From assembly GCA_900617105.1 (NCBI GenBank), contig UYFQ01000177.1, positions 1 to 64,000 on the forward strand: 64,000 bases of DNA, in the 5' to 3' direction. Below, one piece after another: positions 47,436-58,609 of the stretch. The translations under genes and the position numbers were made by a program. The notes under the pieces are model-generated. The model saw only the letters and a list, made by a program, of their open reading frames with translations, made no database searches and had not been told where the DNA came from. Origin of the DNA: Hydrurus foetidus (lineage: Eukaryota). Positions within the stretch are counted from its first letter, which is position 1; each line of letters starts with the position of its first letter.

Positions 47436-50400
47436 CTACTTCGCCGCCTCCACCTTCACCCTCACATTCGGCGTCTCCCCAAACATCTCTGGCGCATACA
47501 TCGCTTCCACGCGGCTCGGTGGTAGCGAGAACTCGCCCACGTTGTTCAGTCGGATGGTGTATTCCATCTTCACCACGCCCTTGGGCAGGTACTCGTAGTA
47601 GCTGCGGAAGGACTCGAAGCTGCGCTCCTCGAACGCGGCCCAGCCGTAGCCTTCCTTCTTTTCGCCCGCCGTGGCGATCTCGGAATCACGACCTAATCCA
47701 CTGCCCAGAATCGTGGCACCGCCGGGGATGGGGTCGGTGATGGCGACCCAGGTCATGTCGGCGCTGGCGTTGACTTCCAGGGTGATGCGCAGCACGTCAC
47801 CTCGGGTGTAGCTGCCGGGCACGGCTTGCTCCACGGGGGTGATGGTTTTCTTGATCTGGTAGCCCGCGCTGAACGGGGCTTTCAGCTGCCACAGCGGCTA
47901 CCGATTGCAGCGTGAGCCAGGGCTTGCCGCGCCTTGCTGGCTCACGGTCAGACTCTCTTTGCCACCGTCTTTGCCCCAGGGCAGGAACAGGGTGTTGTTG
48001 CGCAGATTGCCCGGGGCTGGCGGGTGCGCCAAACGCTGTGGTTTGGTGGGTTGCACCGCTGGCATCGGTGGTTTGATGCGCTCCACGCGCGACCAGTCCA
48101 CCAGGGCGCTTTGCGCCCCCAAGCTCGCTTTGGTGAAGCCCGCGACCGGCGTGGCCTCGAACTTGGCGCTGAACTTTTCCAGTGCCAACCCGCCCCACAG
48201 GTTGGCCGTGGTCGTGCTCCAGGCACCGCGTTGCTGGCGGGCGATGAAGCCGTTGGCCAGGCGGGGGAGGTCGTCTTTCCAGGTGGGGTCGTCCATCACG
48301 GCGAGCATCAGGCGCGCGGTGTTCACGTCGCCACCCACCATCAGCCACCACCAGTAGTCGTCCTTCTCGCTGCTGAAGATCATTTTGGTGCCCTGGTAGC
48401 TAATGCGGCTGCGCAGGATCTGGTTGGCCTCGGCGATACGCTTGTCGCGCTCGGGCACATCGTTCACGCGTTTCAAGATGTTCAGCCAGTCAAGCACAGC
48501 ATTGGTGGGCCACTGGTTGGGTGCAATGGTGATGCTGTTGACCATGCGGCCCTGGGCCTTGCCGTAGCGCGACAGCGCTTCGATGGCGGCCAGCTTGCGC
48601 ATATCCAGGTCTTTACGCGGGCTCCAGAACTCGCGCTGGATGCGGCCTTCCACAAACGCAATCAGGCCACGCTCCATGGGCGCGCGAATCTCGTCGCTCA
48701 GCGCAAACGCGGGGTCGATGCTGGATGCCTCATGCGTGGCGGCCAGCAGGTAGGCGGTCAGCGTGTCGCTGCCGCGGTTGGCCTCGCCATCGCGGGGCGG
48801 GAAGTAGTTGGCTAGGCCATCGCTGTCCAGGTAGCTCGGTATTTGTGCAGCCACGGTCTGCCACAGCTTGCCGTCGCGCAGGCCCACGCTTTTGCTGGTC
48901 TTTTGCTCCAGGCAGGCAAAGGGGTAAAGCGCAAACCAGTCACGCACGCCTGGCAGGCCTTCGGCCAACTTGGGCTGCAGCGAGAGGCGCAGGCCGCCAC
49001 GGCCAGGGCATCGCATCGGCGGGTGGGGCCACGTCGAGGCTGAAATTACCATCAACCTGCACCAGCGTAGCCTGCTGTACCGTGAGCGGCACCGCCGGGA
49101 TGATGCGCTGGCGCGCCTTCAGCGCGTCCGTGGCACCGGTGATGGTGTCCTTGGCCTCAATCTCCCACAAGATGGCCTCGTTGCGCGTCAGCGCCAGCTG
49201 TGCGGGCGCCGTCACATTCCACGCTACCTCGCGCGCATCGCCAGCGGGAATGTCTACGGTTTGCGGTGGCAGTTCCAAGAGCGTGGCGCGTGGCGTCACT
49301 AGCACCTTCATGGCCTGCTTGGTGGTGTTGCGCAGGGTCAGCTGCGCGCGGTATTGGTCGTCCTCACGCACCAGCGGCGGCAGGCCGCTGATGATCTGCA
49401 AATCTTGCGTGGCGCGGATACTGGTGCTGCCGGTGCCAAACATGCCGGTGAAGGCATCGGCCACCGCCACAATCTTGAAGGTGGTGAGGGCATCGTTCAG
49501 CGGCACGGTGACCACGGCCTGGCCGTTGGCATCCAGCTTCACGCTGGGGTTCCACAGCAGCAGGGTTTCCAGCAGCTCACGCGCACCGCTGTGGCCACCG
49601 CCACCGCCGGGTGCCACGGCCTTGCGGCCATAGTGGCGCCGGCCAATGATTTCCATCTGCGCGGTGGACGTTTCCACGCCCCAGCTTCGGCGCTGCAACA
49701 TCGCATCCAGCAGGTTCCAGCTGCTGTTAGGCATCAGCTCCAGCAGGGCCTGGTCCACGGCAGCCAGGGCTACCTCGGCGTTGGCCGCGGGCTGGCCGTT
49801 GGGCAGCTTCACGGTGATGGTGACCTTGGCCTGGCTGCGTACGGCGTAGCTTTCCTTATCGGCCTTCACGCTCACCGCCAGCTCATGCGCGCGGGTAGCG
49901 ACGCGTATTTCTGCCACGCCCAAGCGGAAGGCGGGCTTGCTCAAATCCACTAGCGCGGTGGGCGCCACGTATTCGCGCCCCTCGTACCAAAAGCTGGCCC
50001 ACCACTCGCTTGGGGCCTTGTAGCCCCAGGTGAAGAAGCTGTACCACGGCACCTCGCGCAGGCGCCCGCGCAGTACGAGCGCGCTCACATACACATTGGG
50101 CCCCCAGCCTTCCTGAATCTTCAGGCTGATGGTCGGGTCTTGTCCGTTGAGTTGCACCACCTCGCTGTGCACAATGCCTTCGCGTTCCACCGCCACCAGC
50201 GCGGTGGCAAAGCGGAAGGGCATGCGCACCTGGAACTTGGCAGTCTCTCCGGGTTGGTAGCTCTTTTTCTCGGGCAGCAGGTCGATGCGGTCGGTATCCT
50301 CGCCACCAAACCACAGCTCGCCTTGCTTGGTGACGTAGACGCTGCTGGCCGCCTGAATGCTGTTGCCACTGCTGTCTTTGGCGGTTACCACCAGTTCCAC

Positions 50401-53400
50401 TTCACCGGCTTCGTTCAGCGCGGTTTCGCACAGCAGCAGGCCACGTGAATCGCTCTTGCCGCTGCACACGCTGCCCAGCTCTTTGGTGCTGGTTTTGTTG
50501 TCGTAGGTGTAGAAGCCGCCCACCATGCGCTTGCGCGTGGTGGTGGTGATGCGGGCGGTGGCTTTCACTTCCAGCGCCACGCCTTCCTGTGGCTTGCCGC
50601 TCAGGTCCAGTGCCAGGGCCTGGAACTTGATCTTTTGGCTGGAAGACACCCAGCCTTCGGTCTTTATACCGGCCACCACAGCGGCGGGCCACAGGGTCTG
50701 CGTGCTGCGGATGGTTTGCACCTCGCCATTGGGGTCGGAGTACGTGGCTTCCAGTAGCAGGTCTTGCGGCTGGCGGCTCTTGGGCACTTGGTCGATAGCA
50801 ACCTTGCCAGCGCCGTTCTTGTCCAGCGTCAGCGCCAGCTTGTCGGCGATCACGCGTGCATCGCTGCCTGCGTTGGCGTCTTCCTCCCCTCCGCCTTTGG
50901 ACACCGCACGCCCGCCGCGTGGCGCCGAGAAGTTGAACTCGCTGAAGTCTGCAAAGTTAAGCGATTTGCCGCGCACCAGCGCCGACACGCGCACCGGCAG
51001 GTTCACCGCGCCGCCGCCCGACACGTAGTTGATCTGCACGTCCACGGGCACATTGGTCACATTGACCAGCGCCTTCTTCTCGGCGGGCGTCACCCGGCCT
51101 TCCAGCACCGGCAGGCGGAACTCTTCCACGCGGAATTCGCCGGTGTAGAAGTTTTGCTCGCGCGTGCCGCCGGACAGCTGCACCTGGTATGCGCCCAGCT
51201 TGGCTGCGGGCGGGATGGAGAAGCTACTTTCTGCGCTCAGGCCGCCGGTGGCGGTCTTGCGCCAGGTCAGCGCCTGTTGGTACTGCTGGCCGCTGCCCAT
51301 GTGGGTGATCAAGAGTGTGTCGGGGTGTTTGGCGGGCAGGTCAAAGCCCTTGGAGGTTTCAGTGCGCAGCAGGTGCTTCATCGACACGGTTTCGCCCGCG
51401 CGTAAGAGCGTGCGGTCAAAGATGGTGTGGGCGCGTTCGTCGGGCACCACGTCGCGGCTGGTGGGCAGGTTAAAGCGCCACGGCTCAATGCCGCGGTTCC
51501 AGTCGCTCCAGGTAAAGGCCAGGTCTTGCACCGTGCCCTTGCCATAGCCCGCGGGTTGGGTAGCGCGCGCGCTCACAAAGTAGGCCTGGCTGTAGCCCTC
51601 TTCGCCGTTGCACTGCGGCGCTTGGGGCGGGATGCCGCTCAGGTTGGCAATCCCCTGGGCATTGGTCACACCCGTAGTCACTTCTTTGCCGCGGCAGTCC
51701 GACACGCGCACCGTGGCGCCGGCCACGGGCGTGCCCTTGTCCAGCGAGGTGACCCAAGCCAGCGCGTTCTCGCGCCCCAGCTTGAAGTGCACGCCCAAGT
51801 TGGTCACCAGGGCCGAGGTACGCACAAACATTGTGCGACCCGCGCCGTGGCGCTCGTCCAGCAAGCTGGTACCCAGCTTTTTTGAGGCAATCTCCAAAAT
51901 GTGGAAGCCCGGCGCCAGCGGAATACCCACCACCTCAAAGGGGCGGGGGTCGTTGTTCTCGGGCTTGGGCAGGTCCAGCGTCTTCACATTGGCCTGGCCC
52001 TGCAGCAGCGACAGCATGCGGGTCTGCACCCTGGATTTGTCACCATCGCTCAGAACCTTGGGTAAGGGGCCTTGCACATCGGCAGCCGCCTGCTTGCGTG
52101 ACACGGTGTAGGCGTCGTAGCGTTGCACCTTGCGCCACCAGGCAATGATCTCGGCGTCGCTGCCGGGCTGGAAGGTGCTGACCTTGCCGGCAGGGGCCTT
52201 GGGTGCCGTGGGCTTGGCTTGCTCGGCGTTCAGCCCCTTCATATTCAGGGCGGTTTCCACATTGCGCAGGGTGACTGGCAGCAGGGCCACGCCATTGGGT
52301 TCGGCAAAGCGCTCCACGATGCCGAATGGCGACGCGGCAAACTTGGCCAGCGGTGGCATGGAGTCCGTGGCCACCTTGAGCGGGAAGCTGTCCGCATTGC
52401 GCAGCGCGCGGCCCGATGCGTCCTTGAAATCCTTGGGCAGTTCGATGCTGAACTGGGTTTGCTCTGCAAACGGTGCGTTGAAGGAGATGCCGTTCCTTAC
52501 TTCTTCGCCTTCGCCCACCTCGCTCAGGCCGGGCTTGATGGTGTCTTTGCCACTTTTCAGGCGAATTCCCCGCAGCAGCTTCAACTGCACGGGCGCGTTG
52601 AAGCTCAGCGTCATGGAGCGAATCGGCAGGCAGGCGCTCTGAGCGTTTTCGCGCTCGCAGCTAAAGGTGGCGGCAAACGGCTCACGCACCTGGAAGTTGA
52701 AGCGCTTTTCCACGCTATTGGGTACGCCGCTGGCGGCTCCGCCGCGTGCGGGCGTGGCCACGCCTTTGCCAAACACGATCTGCACCTTGGCCGACGAAGA
52801 CAGCTTGCGGTTGCAAGCCAGCGTGACGATGGCCAGCGGGTTGGCCTTGGCCTCGTTCTCCATGCCCTGGGCTTGCAGCAGGCCGTCGCGCTCCGTGCCG
52901 CTGATCAGGCGCACCGCCACGCGCTCGCCCAGGCCTTCTACCGCGCACCACACGTTGGCCTGCACGCTCTCCAGCGTGGCCGCGCCGTTCAGGCGCAGGG
53001 TGAAGTACTGCTCTTCGTCAATGCGGTTGCCAGCGTACGGGCGGATGCTCTGTACAAACGGGCCGCCGCTATTGAATTTGTAGCTGGTGGCGCCCGTCAG
53101 CTCTGCGCCTTTGGGTGATTTGAAGCCCGCTTTGGTCTGCACCGTGCAGCTGATGCCGGGTGGCAGGTCGTTCTCAAAGTCAAACGCCCACACGCGCTCG
53201 TTCACCCAGCGGCCCGTGCCCTTGGTCACCTGGGCATCGCTGCAGCTCAGGGTCAGGGGCGCCTCGGCTTTGGGGTCGCCAAAGTTGACGGCACTCTCGT
53301 CGAATTTGGCCACCACCTGGCGCACCTGGGCGACTTCGCCCTGGGGGGACAGGCTGGTGATTTGCAGGGCCAGAGCGGCCCAAGAGGATGCGGCCAGGCC

Positions 53401-53430
53401 GCAGGCGATGACGAATTTTTGGTATTTCAC
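47436..53430 (-). CDS. Bacterial alpha-2-macroglobulin with thioester motif; about 5 frameshifts in the 3' part, probably sequence errors
   Basis: MG domains (FDRTLLRAGETV, VEEFRLP); YPFACLEQ at 48903-48914; C-terminal LPPSRVEAMYAPE. Confidence 0.9.
53068..53110 (-). repeat. Dispersed 43-bp repeat core, degenerate, in frame in a2m
   Basis: GCTA-ttgaatttg-TAGC-tggtggcgcccgtcagctctgc-GCCT as read on +; encodes GAELTGATSYKFNS. Confidence 0.6.
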
Positions 53431-53613
53431 GCGGGCTCCCGAAAAGCAACATGGAGCGTAGCCGAAAATTTTTTCAAATCAATTGAATCCAAGCGGCGGC
53501 GGTCTGCGTACCTGTAACAAGTCGCAACGCGTTTGCTTGCGCGCCCGCCTTTCAACCCCTGATCGATTGGACGCCCCATGAACCAACTTCGTACCGCACT
53601 GCTGCTCAGCCCG

Positions 53614-54009
53614 TCACCGATCCCGGCAATCGAGGTCGCTCCCGCAATGCTCCTTGAGTTCGACGATACGGCGCTTCAATTTTTCCAACTTGCAGCTTTC
53701 GCTGACTTCCCATTTGGTAAAGGAGCTACCTATGTGCATGAGTTCGCGGCGGGCTTGGCAGTCGAGTTGATAGAAGGTCACCCATGCACGTTGTGCATTG
53801 ACCAGATCTGCCTTGGTGTTCTCGTCGGGTATTGATTTAAGCAACTTCTTATAGGTAGCGTTCAGCTCCTTGTCTGCGCGTTTGATGCCTGTGGCCCATT
53901 GCTCGGTTAAGCATTCTGTGTCCACGCTGTTGGGTTCGTTTGGACACTCGGCGGCAAATATGGATGACGCGGCGAGAACGGAGAAAAACAATGTTGTGAT
54001 GAAGCGCAT
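53614..54009 (-). CDS. Secreted LprI/DUF1311-like protein
   Basis: Signal peptide; ADKELNATYKKL, AQRAWVTFYQLDC, C...KRRIVEL. Confidence 0.85.
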   Translation of the reverse strand: MRFITTLFFSVLAASSIFAAECPNEPNSVDTECLTEQWATGIKRADKELNATYKKLLKSIPDENTKADLVNAQRAWVTFYQLDCQARRELMHIGSSFTKWEVSESCKLEKLKRRIVELKEHCGSDLDCRDR

Positions 54010-54331
54010 GTTGGAGAGTGTTGACGTTGACAAGAGGATTGTCGCTGCCCAGCGCGCCCACGTATTCGATCTGCGGTGCACTTTGCAGCTGCGTCCGCAG
54101 GCGTTCAATTTCGTCACCCAGCTCTTGGCGCAGGCCAATGCCTAGCGATACGGCGGCGATGGCGGTGCTGAAGATTGACCTGTCTATCGTTAACGGGGTG
54201 ATCGGTCTGGCCGTGGCCTTTCACAGCGAGCTGGAAGTTTCCCGTGGAGTGGATCGCCGGAGTCTGCCCGGTGCGGGAAAGTTGGAGGCGACGCGCCATC
54301 CTGCTATCGTGTGGTGCAGAACATCGCGGGA

Positions 54332-55300
54332 ATGCACATGAACACAGCAATGAAACCCACACAGCACGCGCCCAGCGGCGCAGACAACCGCCTGCAGCTG
54401 CTGCTGTTTCGTCTGGGCAAAGAAAAGGGCTCCACCCAGCGCGAGCTGTTCGGCATCAATGTGTTCAAGGTGCGCGAGATTGTCGTGGCACCGCACATCA
54501 CCACCATCGTCAATTCCCCCCAGTTCGCCATGGGCCTGGCCAATGTGCGCGGGCAACTGATTCCCGTGATCGACCTGCCGAGTTTGGCCGGCTGCGAGGC
54601 GCAGACCGGCTCGGGCATCGTGCTGGTGACCGAATTTGCACGCAATACCCAGGCATTTTTGGTGGACGAGGTGGTGGAGATCGTGCAGCTGGAGTGGAAG
54701 CACCTGCTGGCGGCCGATTCCAGCTCGTCCCCCCTGTTGTCGGGCGTGGCCCGCATTGACGGCGACGCCAAGGATTCGCGCCTGGCCCAGGTACTGGACG
54801 TGGAGCAGATTTTGCGCGACGTGTTTCCGGCCACACATAGCCAGGAGAACAGGACCTCTGGCATTGCCAAGGTCAATTTGCCGCCGGGCTCGGTCGTGCT
54901 GTTTGCCGACGACTCGGCCGTAGCCCGCATGCTGGTGGAGGAAAGCCTGAAGACCATGGGCGTGCACTTTGTGGCGGTGAAGAATGGCAAGGAAGCGTGG
55001 GAGAAGCTCAACAGCTTGCACGCCGAAGCCACCGCACAGGGCAAGAAGATCAGGGACCGGGTCGCCCTGGTACTGACCGATCTGGAAATGCCCGAGATGG
55101 ACGGCTTCACGCTCACGCGCAACATTAAGCAGGACATCCGCTTCTCGGGCATCCCGGTCATTGTGTATTCGTCGCTGACCGGCACCGCCAGCGAAGGCCA
55201 CGCCACCAGCGTGGGCGCCGACGACTATGTGGCGAAGTTTGAGCCCCAGGAACTGGCGGAGTCCATCAGCAAGGTCCTCGCCAATTCGCTATCGTATTGA
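54332..55300 (+). CDS. cheV: Chemotaxis protein CheV (CheW-REC)
   Basis: LFGINVFKVRE, RGQLIPVIDL, ADDS, TDLEMPEMDG. Confidence 0.94.
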   Translation: MHMNTAMKPTQHAPSGADNRLQLLLFRLGKEKGSTQRELFGINVFKVREIVVAPHITTIVNSPQFAMGLANVRGQLIPVIDLPSLAGCEAQTGSGIVLVTEFARNTQAFLVDEVVEIVQLEWKHLLAADSSSSPLLSGVARIDGDAKDSRLAQVLDVEQILRDVFPATHSQENRTSGIAKVNLPPGSVVLFADDSAVARMLVEESLKTMGVHFVAVKNGKEAWEKLNSLHAEATAQGKKIRDRVALVLTDLEMPEMDGFTLTRNIKQDIRFSGIPVIVYSSLTGTASEGHATSVGADDYVAKFEPQELAESISKVLANSLSY

Positions 55301-55330
55301 TAGCTGCTGGCGCATATTCCACGGGGGCTA
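55288..55330 (-). repeat. Dispersed 43-bp repeat core overlapping the cheV stop
   Basis: GCTA-tcgtattga-TAGC-tgctggcgcatattccacgggg-GCTA as read on +. Confidence 0.9.
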
Positions 55331-55351
55331 GAAGCCGATTTGGCTTAAATT

Positions 55352-55948
55352 TCAGCGGAGGTATTCCACCAGCAGCAGCGCTTTAGCCAGGCCCTTGCCT
55401 GTATTGCGAATGGCGTGTTGCACGTCCACCGCATAGCGCGCGCTGTCGCCGGCTTTCAGCACCTTGCTGCTGTCGGCGGCTTGCACGGTGAGCGTGCCGC
55501 TCAGCACCGACAAATGCTCCCGCGCTCCGGCCTCATGCGGCTCTGAGGCCAGTACCCCACCGGCCTCCACCGTCAGCTCGTACCACTCCACCTTGCCGGC
55601 CAGGGCGATGGGCCCCAGGATGCGCAGCGTGCACTTGCCGTCGTTGCTGGTGGTGACCGGAATGCTGTGCGCTGCTACCAGCTCCACCGTGGGGGCCGCT
55701 TTGACGGCCACACCACCGGCCAGCAGGTCAGTCAGGCTTAGCCCGAGCGCACTGGCCAGGCGCCACAGAACTCCCACCGTGGGGTTGGCCTGGTTGCGCT
55801 CTACCTCAGACAGCATGGACTTGGACACTCCCGAGCGCTTGGATAGCTCGTCCAGCGACAGTTTTTGCGCCTTGCGCATCTCTTGCAGCTTGGAGCCGAC
55901 GGCAGGGGGGGCGTCGATGAGGGATGTAGAGGAGAGGACTTGCGCCAT
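55352..55948 (-). CDS. XRE-family HTH plus cupin regulator
   Basis: LSLDELSKRSGVSKSMLSEVERNQANPT; cupin EPH..G.REH. Confidence 0.9.
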   Translation of the reverse strand: MAQVLSSTSLIDAPPAVGSKLQEMRKAQKLSLDELSKRSGVSKSMLSEVERNQANPTVGVLWRLASALGLSLTDLLAGGVAVKAAPTVELVAAHSIPVTTSNDGKCTLRILGPIALAGKVEWYELTVEAGGVLASEPHEAGAREHLSVLSGTLTVQAADSSKVLKAGDSARYAVDVQHAIRNTGKGLAKALLLVEYLR

Positions 55949-56030
55949 GGTGGTTTTGGTCGGTAAAATGGATTTTTGTTCGATATACCGGAAATATCCG
56001 CTAATCCAATCTTACACCGCCCACGCCACC

Positions 56031-57098
56031 ATGACCACCGCGACCCAAGCCACCCCCCAGCACTCGGGCTACTACCTGCAATTCGCCAGCGACAACACCT
56101 CTGGCATCTGCCCCGAGGCCATGCAGGCGTTCATGGCGGCCAACACAGGTTTTGCAGCGTCTTACGGCAACGACGACTCCACGCGCCTGGCCTGCGACCG
56201 GCTGCGCCAGGTGTTTGAGGCCGATGCCGAAGTGTTCTTCGTGTTCAACGGCACGGCGGCCAACTCGATTGCGCTGGCCTCGTTGTGCCAGTCTTACCAA
56301 GCTGTCATTTGCAGCGACACGGCGCATGTGGAGACGGACGAATGCGGCGCGCCCGAGTTTTTCTCCAACGGCTCCAAGCTGCTCTCGGCCCCGCACCGCC
56401 ATGGCAAGCTCACCTCGGCCGGCGTGCTGGAGGTCATCACCCGCCGCACCGATGTGCACTACCCTCGGCCCAAGGTGGTCACGCTGACCCAGTCCACGGA
56501 ATTGGGCACGGTCTACCAAAAGGGCGAGATCAGCGGCATCAGCCGCATTGCGCAGGAGCATGGCCTGAAGGTGCACATGGACGGCGCGCGTTTTGCCAAC
56601 GCGGTGGCCGCGCTGAAGGTGGCGCCGGGCGACATCACCTGGCGCGCGGGAGTGGATGTGCTGTGCTTTGGCGGCACCAAGATGGGCCTGCCGATTGGCG
56701 AGGCGATTGTGTTTTTTGACCGCAAGCTGGGCGAGGAGTTTTCCTACCGCTGCAAGCAGGCCGGGCAACTGGCCTCCAAGATGCGCTACCTGTCCGCCCC
56801 CTGGCTGGCCATGCTGACCGATGGCACCTGGCTGCGCCACGCTGCCCACGCTAACGCTATGGCGCAGCGCCTGTCCGACAAGGTGGCCGGCATTGCAGGG
56901 GCCGAGTTGCTACTGCCCACCGAGGTGAATGGTGTGTTTGTGAATCTGCCCGAACCCGCCACTGCCCGCCTCAAGGCCCTGGGCTGGACCTTCTACACCT
57001 TCATCGGTGGCGGCGCCCGCTTCATGTGCTCCTGGGCCACCACCGATGAGGCGGTGGACCACTTGGCGCATGACCTGGAGCGGGTGTTGGCGGGGTGA
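56031..57098 (+). CDS. ltaE: Low-specificity L-threonine aldolase
   Basis: FASDN, NGTAAN, DECGAPEF, HMDGARF, FGGTK, LASKMR. Confidence 0.92.
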   Translation: MTTATQATPQHSGYYLQFASDNTSGICPEAMQAFMAANTGFAASYGNDDSTRLACDRLRQVFEADAEVFFVFNGTAANSIALASLCQSYQAVICSDTAHVETDECGAPEFFSNGSKLLSAPHRHGKLTSAGVLEVITRRTDVHYPRPKVVTLTQSTELGTVYQKGEISGISRIAQEHGLKVHMDGARFANAVAALKVAPGDITWRAGVDVLCFGGTKMGLPIGEAIVFFDRKLGEEFSYRCKQAGQLASKMRYLSAPWLAMLTDGTWLRHAAHANAMAQRLSDKVAGIAGAELLLPTEVNGVFVNLPEPATARLKALGWTFYTFIGGGARFMCSWATTDEAVDHLAHDLERVLAG

Positions 57099-57105
57099 GT
57101 GATCC

Positions 57106-58548
57106 TCAGCCTATCCGCTTCCGATGCCGCGCAATCTGCGCACGCACCTGCACCGGTGCAGTGCCACCCAGAATGTTGCGCGCATTGAGCGAGCCACGCA
57201 GGCTCAGGCACTCGTACACATCTTTCTCAATGCTGGCGTGGAAGCCTTGCAGCACGGCCAGGGGCAGTTCGGACAAATCGCAGGCATGGGACTGGGCCGC
57301 TTTGACGGCGTGGGCCACGGTCTCGTGGGCATCGCGGAAGGGCAGGCCTTTTTTCACCAGGTAGTCGGCCAGGTCGGTGGCGGTGGCGTAGCCTTTTAGT
57401 GCGGCGCGCTCCATGGCTTCGGCGTTCACGCTGATGCCACCTTCTTTGGCCCGTGGCCGCGTTCACTTGGCCGCCAATCATTTCCGAGAAGATGCGCAGC
57501 GTGTCTTTCAGGGTGTCCACGGTGTCGAACAGGGGCTCTTTGTCTTCCTGGTTGTCCTTGTTGTAGGCCAGTGGTTGGCCCTTCATCAGCGTGATCAGGC
57601 CCATCAGGTGACCAACCACGCGGCCGGTCTTCCCGCGGGCCAACTCGGGTACGTCGGGGTTTTTCTTCTGCGGCATGATGCTTGATCCCGTGGTGAAACG
57701 GTCGGCAATCTTGATGAAGCTGAAGTTCTGGCTCATCCAGATGATGAGCTCTTCGCTCATGCGGCTGATGTGCACCATGGTCAGAGTGGCGGCGCTGGTG
57801 AACTCAATCGCAAAGTCGCGGTCACTCACCGCGTCCAGGCTGTTTTGGCAGACGCAGGGCTGGCCTTGCTCGTCCACCATGCCGAGCAGGGTGGCCACCA
57901 GTTCACGGTCTAGCGGGTAGCTGGTGCCTGCCAGTGCTGCGGCACCCAAGGGCAGGCGGTTGACCCGGCGGCGCACATCGGACAAGCGTTCTGCATCACG
58001 GGCAAACATTTCCACATAGGCCAGCAGATGGTGGGCAAAGCTCACGGGCTGGGCCACTTGCAGGTGGGTGAAACCGGGCAAGATCACTTCCACGTTTTTG
58101 GCGGCCACTTCCACCAGCGCTTGCTGTAATTCCACCAGCAGGCCGCTGATGAGGTCAATCTCGTGGCGCAACCACAGGCGCACGTCTGTCGCCACCTGGT
58201 CGTTGCGGAGCGGCCGGTGTGCAGGCGCTTGCCGGCGTCGCCCACCAGCTGGGTCAGGCGCGCTTCGATGTTCAGGTGCACGTCTTCCAGGTCCAGCTTC
58301 CATTCAAACGCGCCGGATTCGATCTCGCCCCAGATCTGCGCCATGCCGCGCTTGATGCCGGCACGGTCGTCGGCGCTGACGATGCCCTGGTGATGCAGCA
58401 TCCGGCGTGAGCGAGGGAGCCTGCACGTCTGCGCGCCAGAGCGCTGATCAAAAACACGCTGGCGGTGTAGCGTTTGACCAGCTCGCTCATCGGCTCGGAA
58501 AACAGCGCGACCAGCTTCGGATTTGTTGTCGAGTGGATTGGTCGCCAT
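57106..58548 (-). CDS. argH: Argininosuccinate lyase (frameshifted, probably sequence errors)
   Basis: [46 protein letters not shown] across frames. Confidence 0.93.
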
Positions 58549-58609
58549 GGGCTCGCGGCGAGCATCGCGGTGCGCGTCGTCGCCGGTGTGGTGGAGGGTT
58601 TGTAGGACA

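Noticed and set aside
54020..54230. Protein-like minus-strand stretch (…AAVSLGIGLRQELGDEIERLRTQLQ…) upstream of the LprI-like gene
   Set aside because: No clear start or family; possibly a pseudogene fragment and needs BLASTX.
2410..55330. The 43-bp repeats as a CRISPR array
   Set aside because: Copies are dispersed kilobases apart and degenerate, with no regular spacers and no cas genes.
55464..56030. 189-aa N-terminal extension of ltaE in the ORF track
   Set aside because: It overlaps the divergent XRE regulator; the family N-terminus (FASDN) fits ATG 56031.
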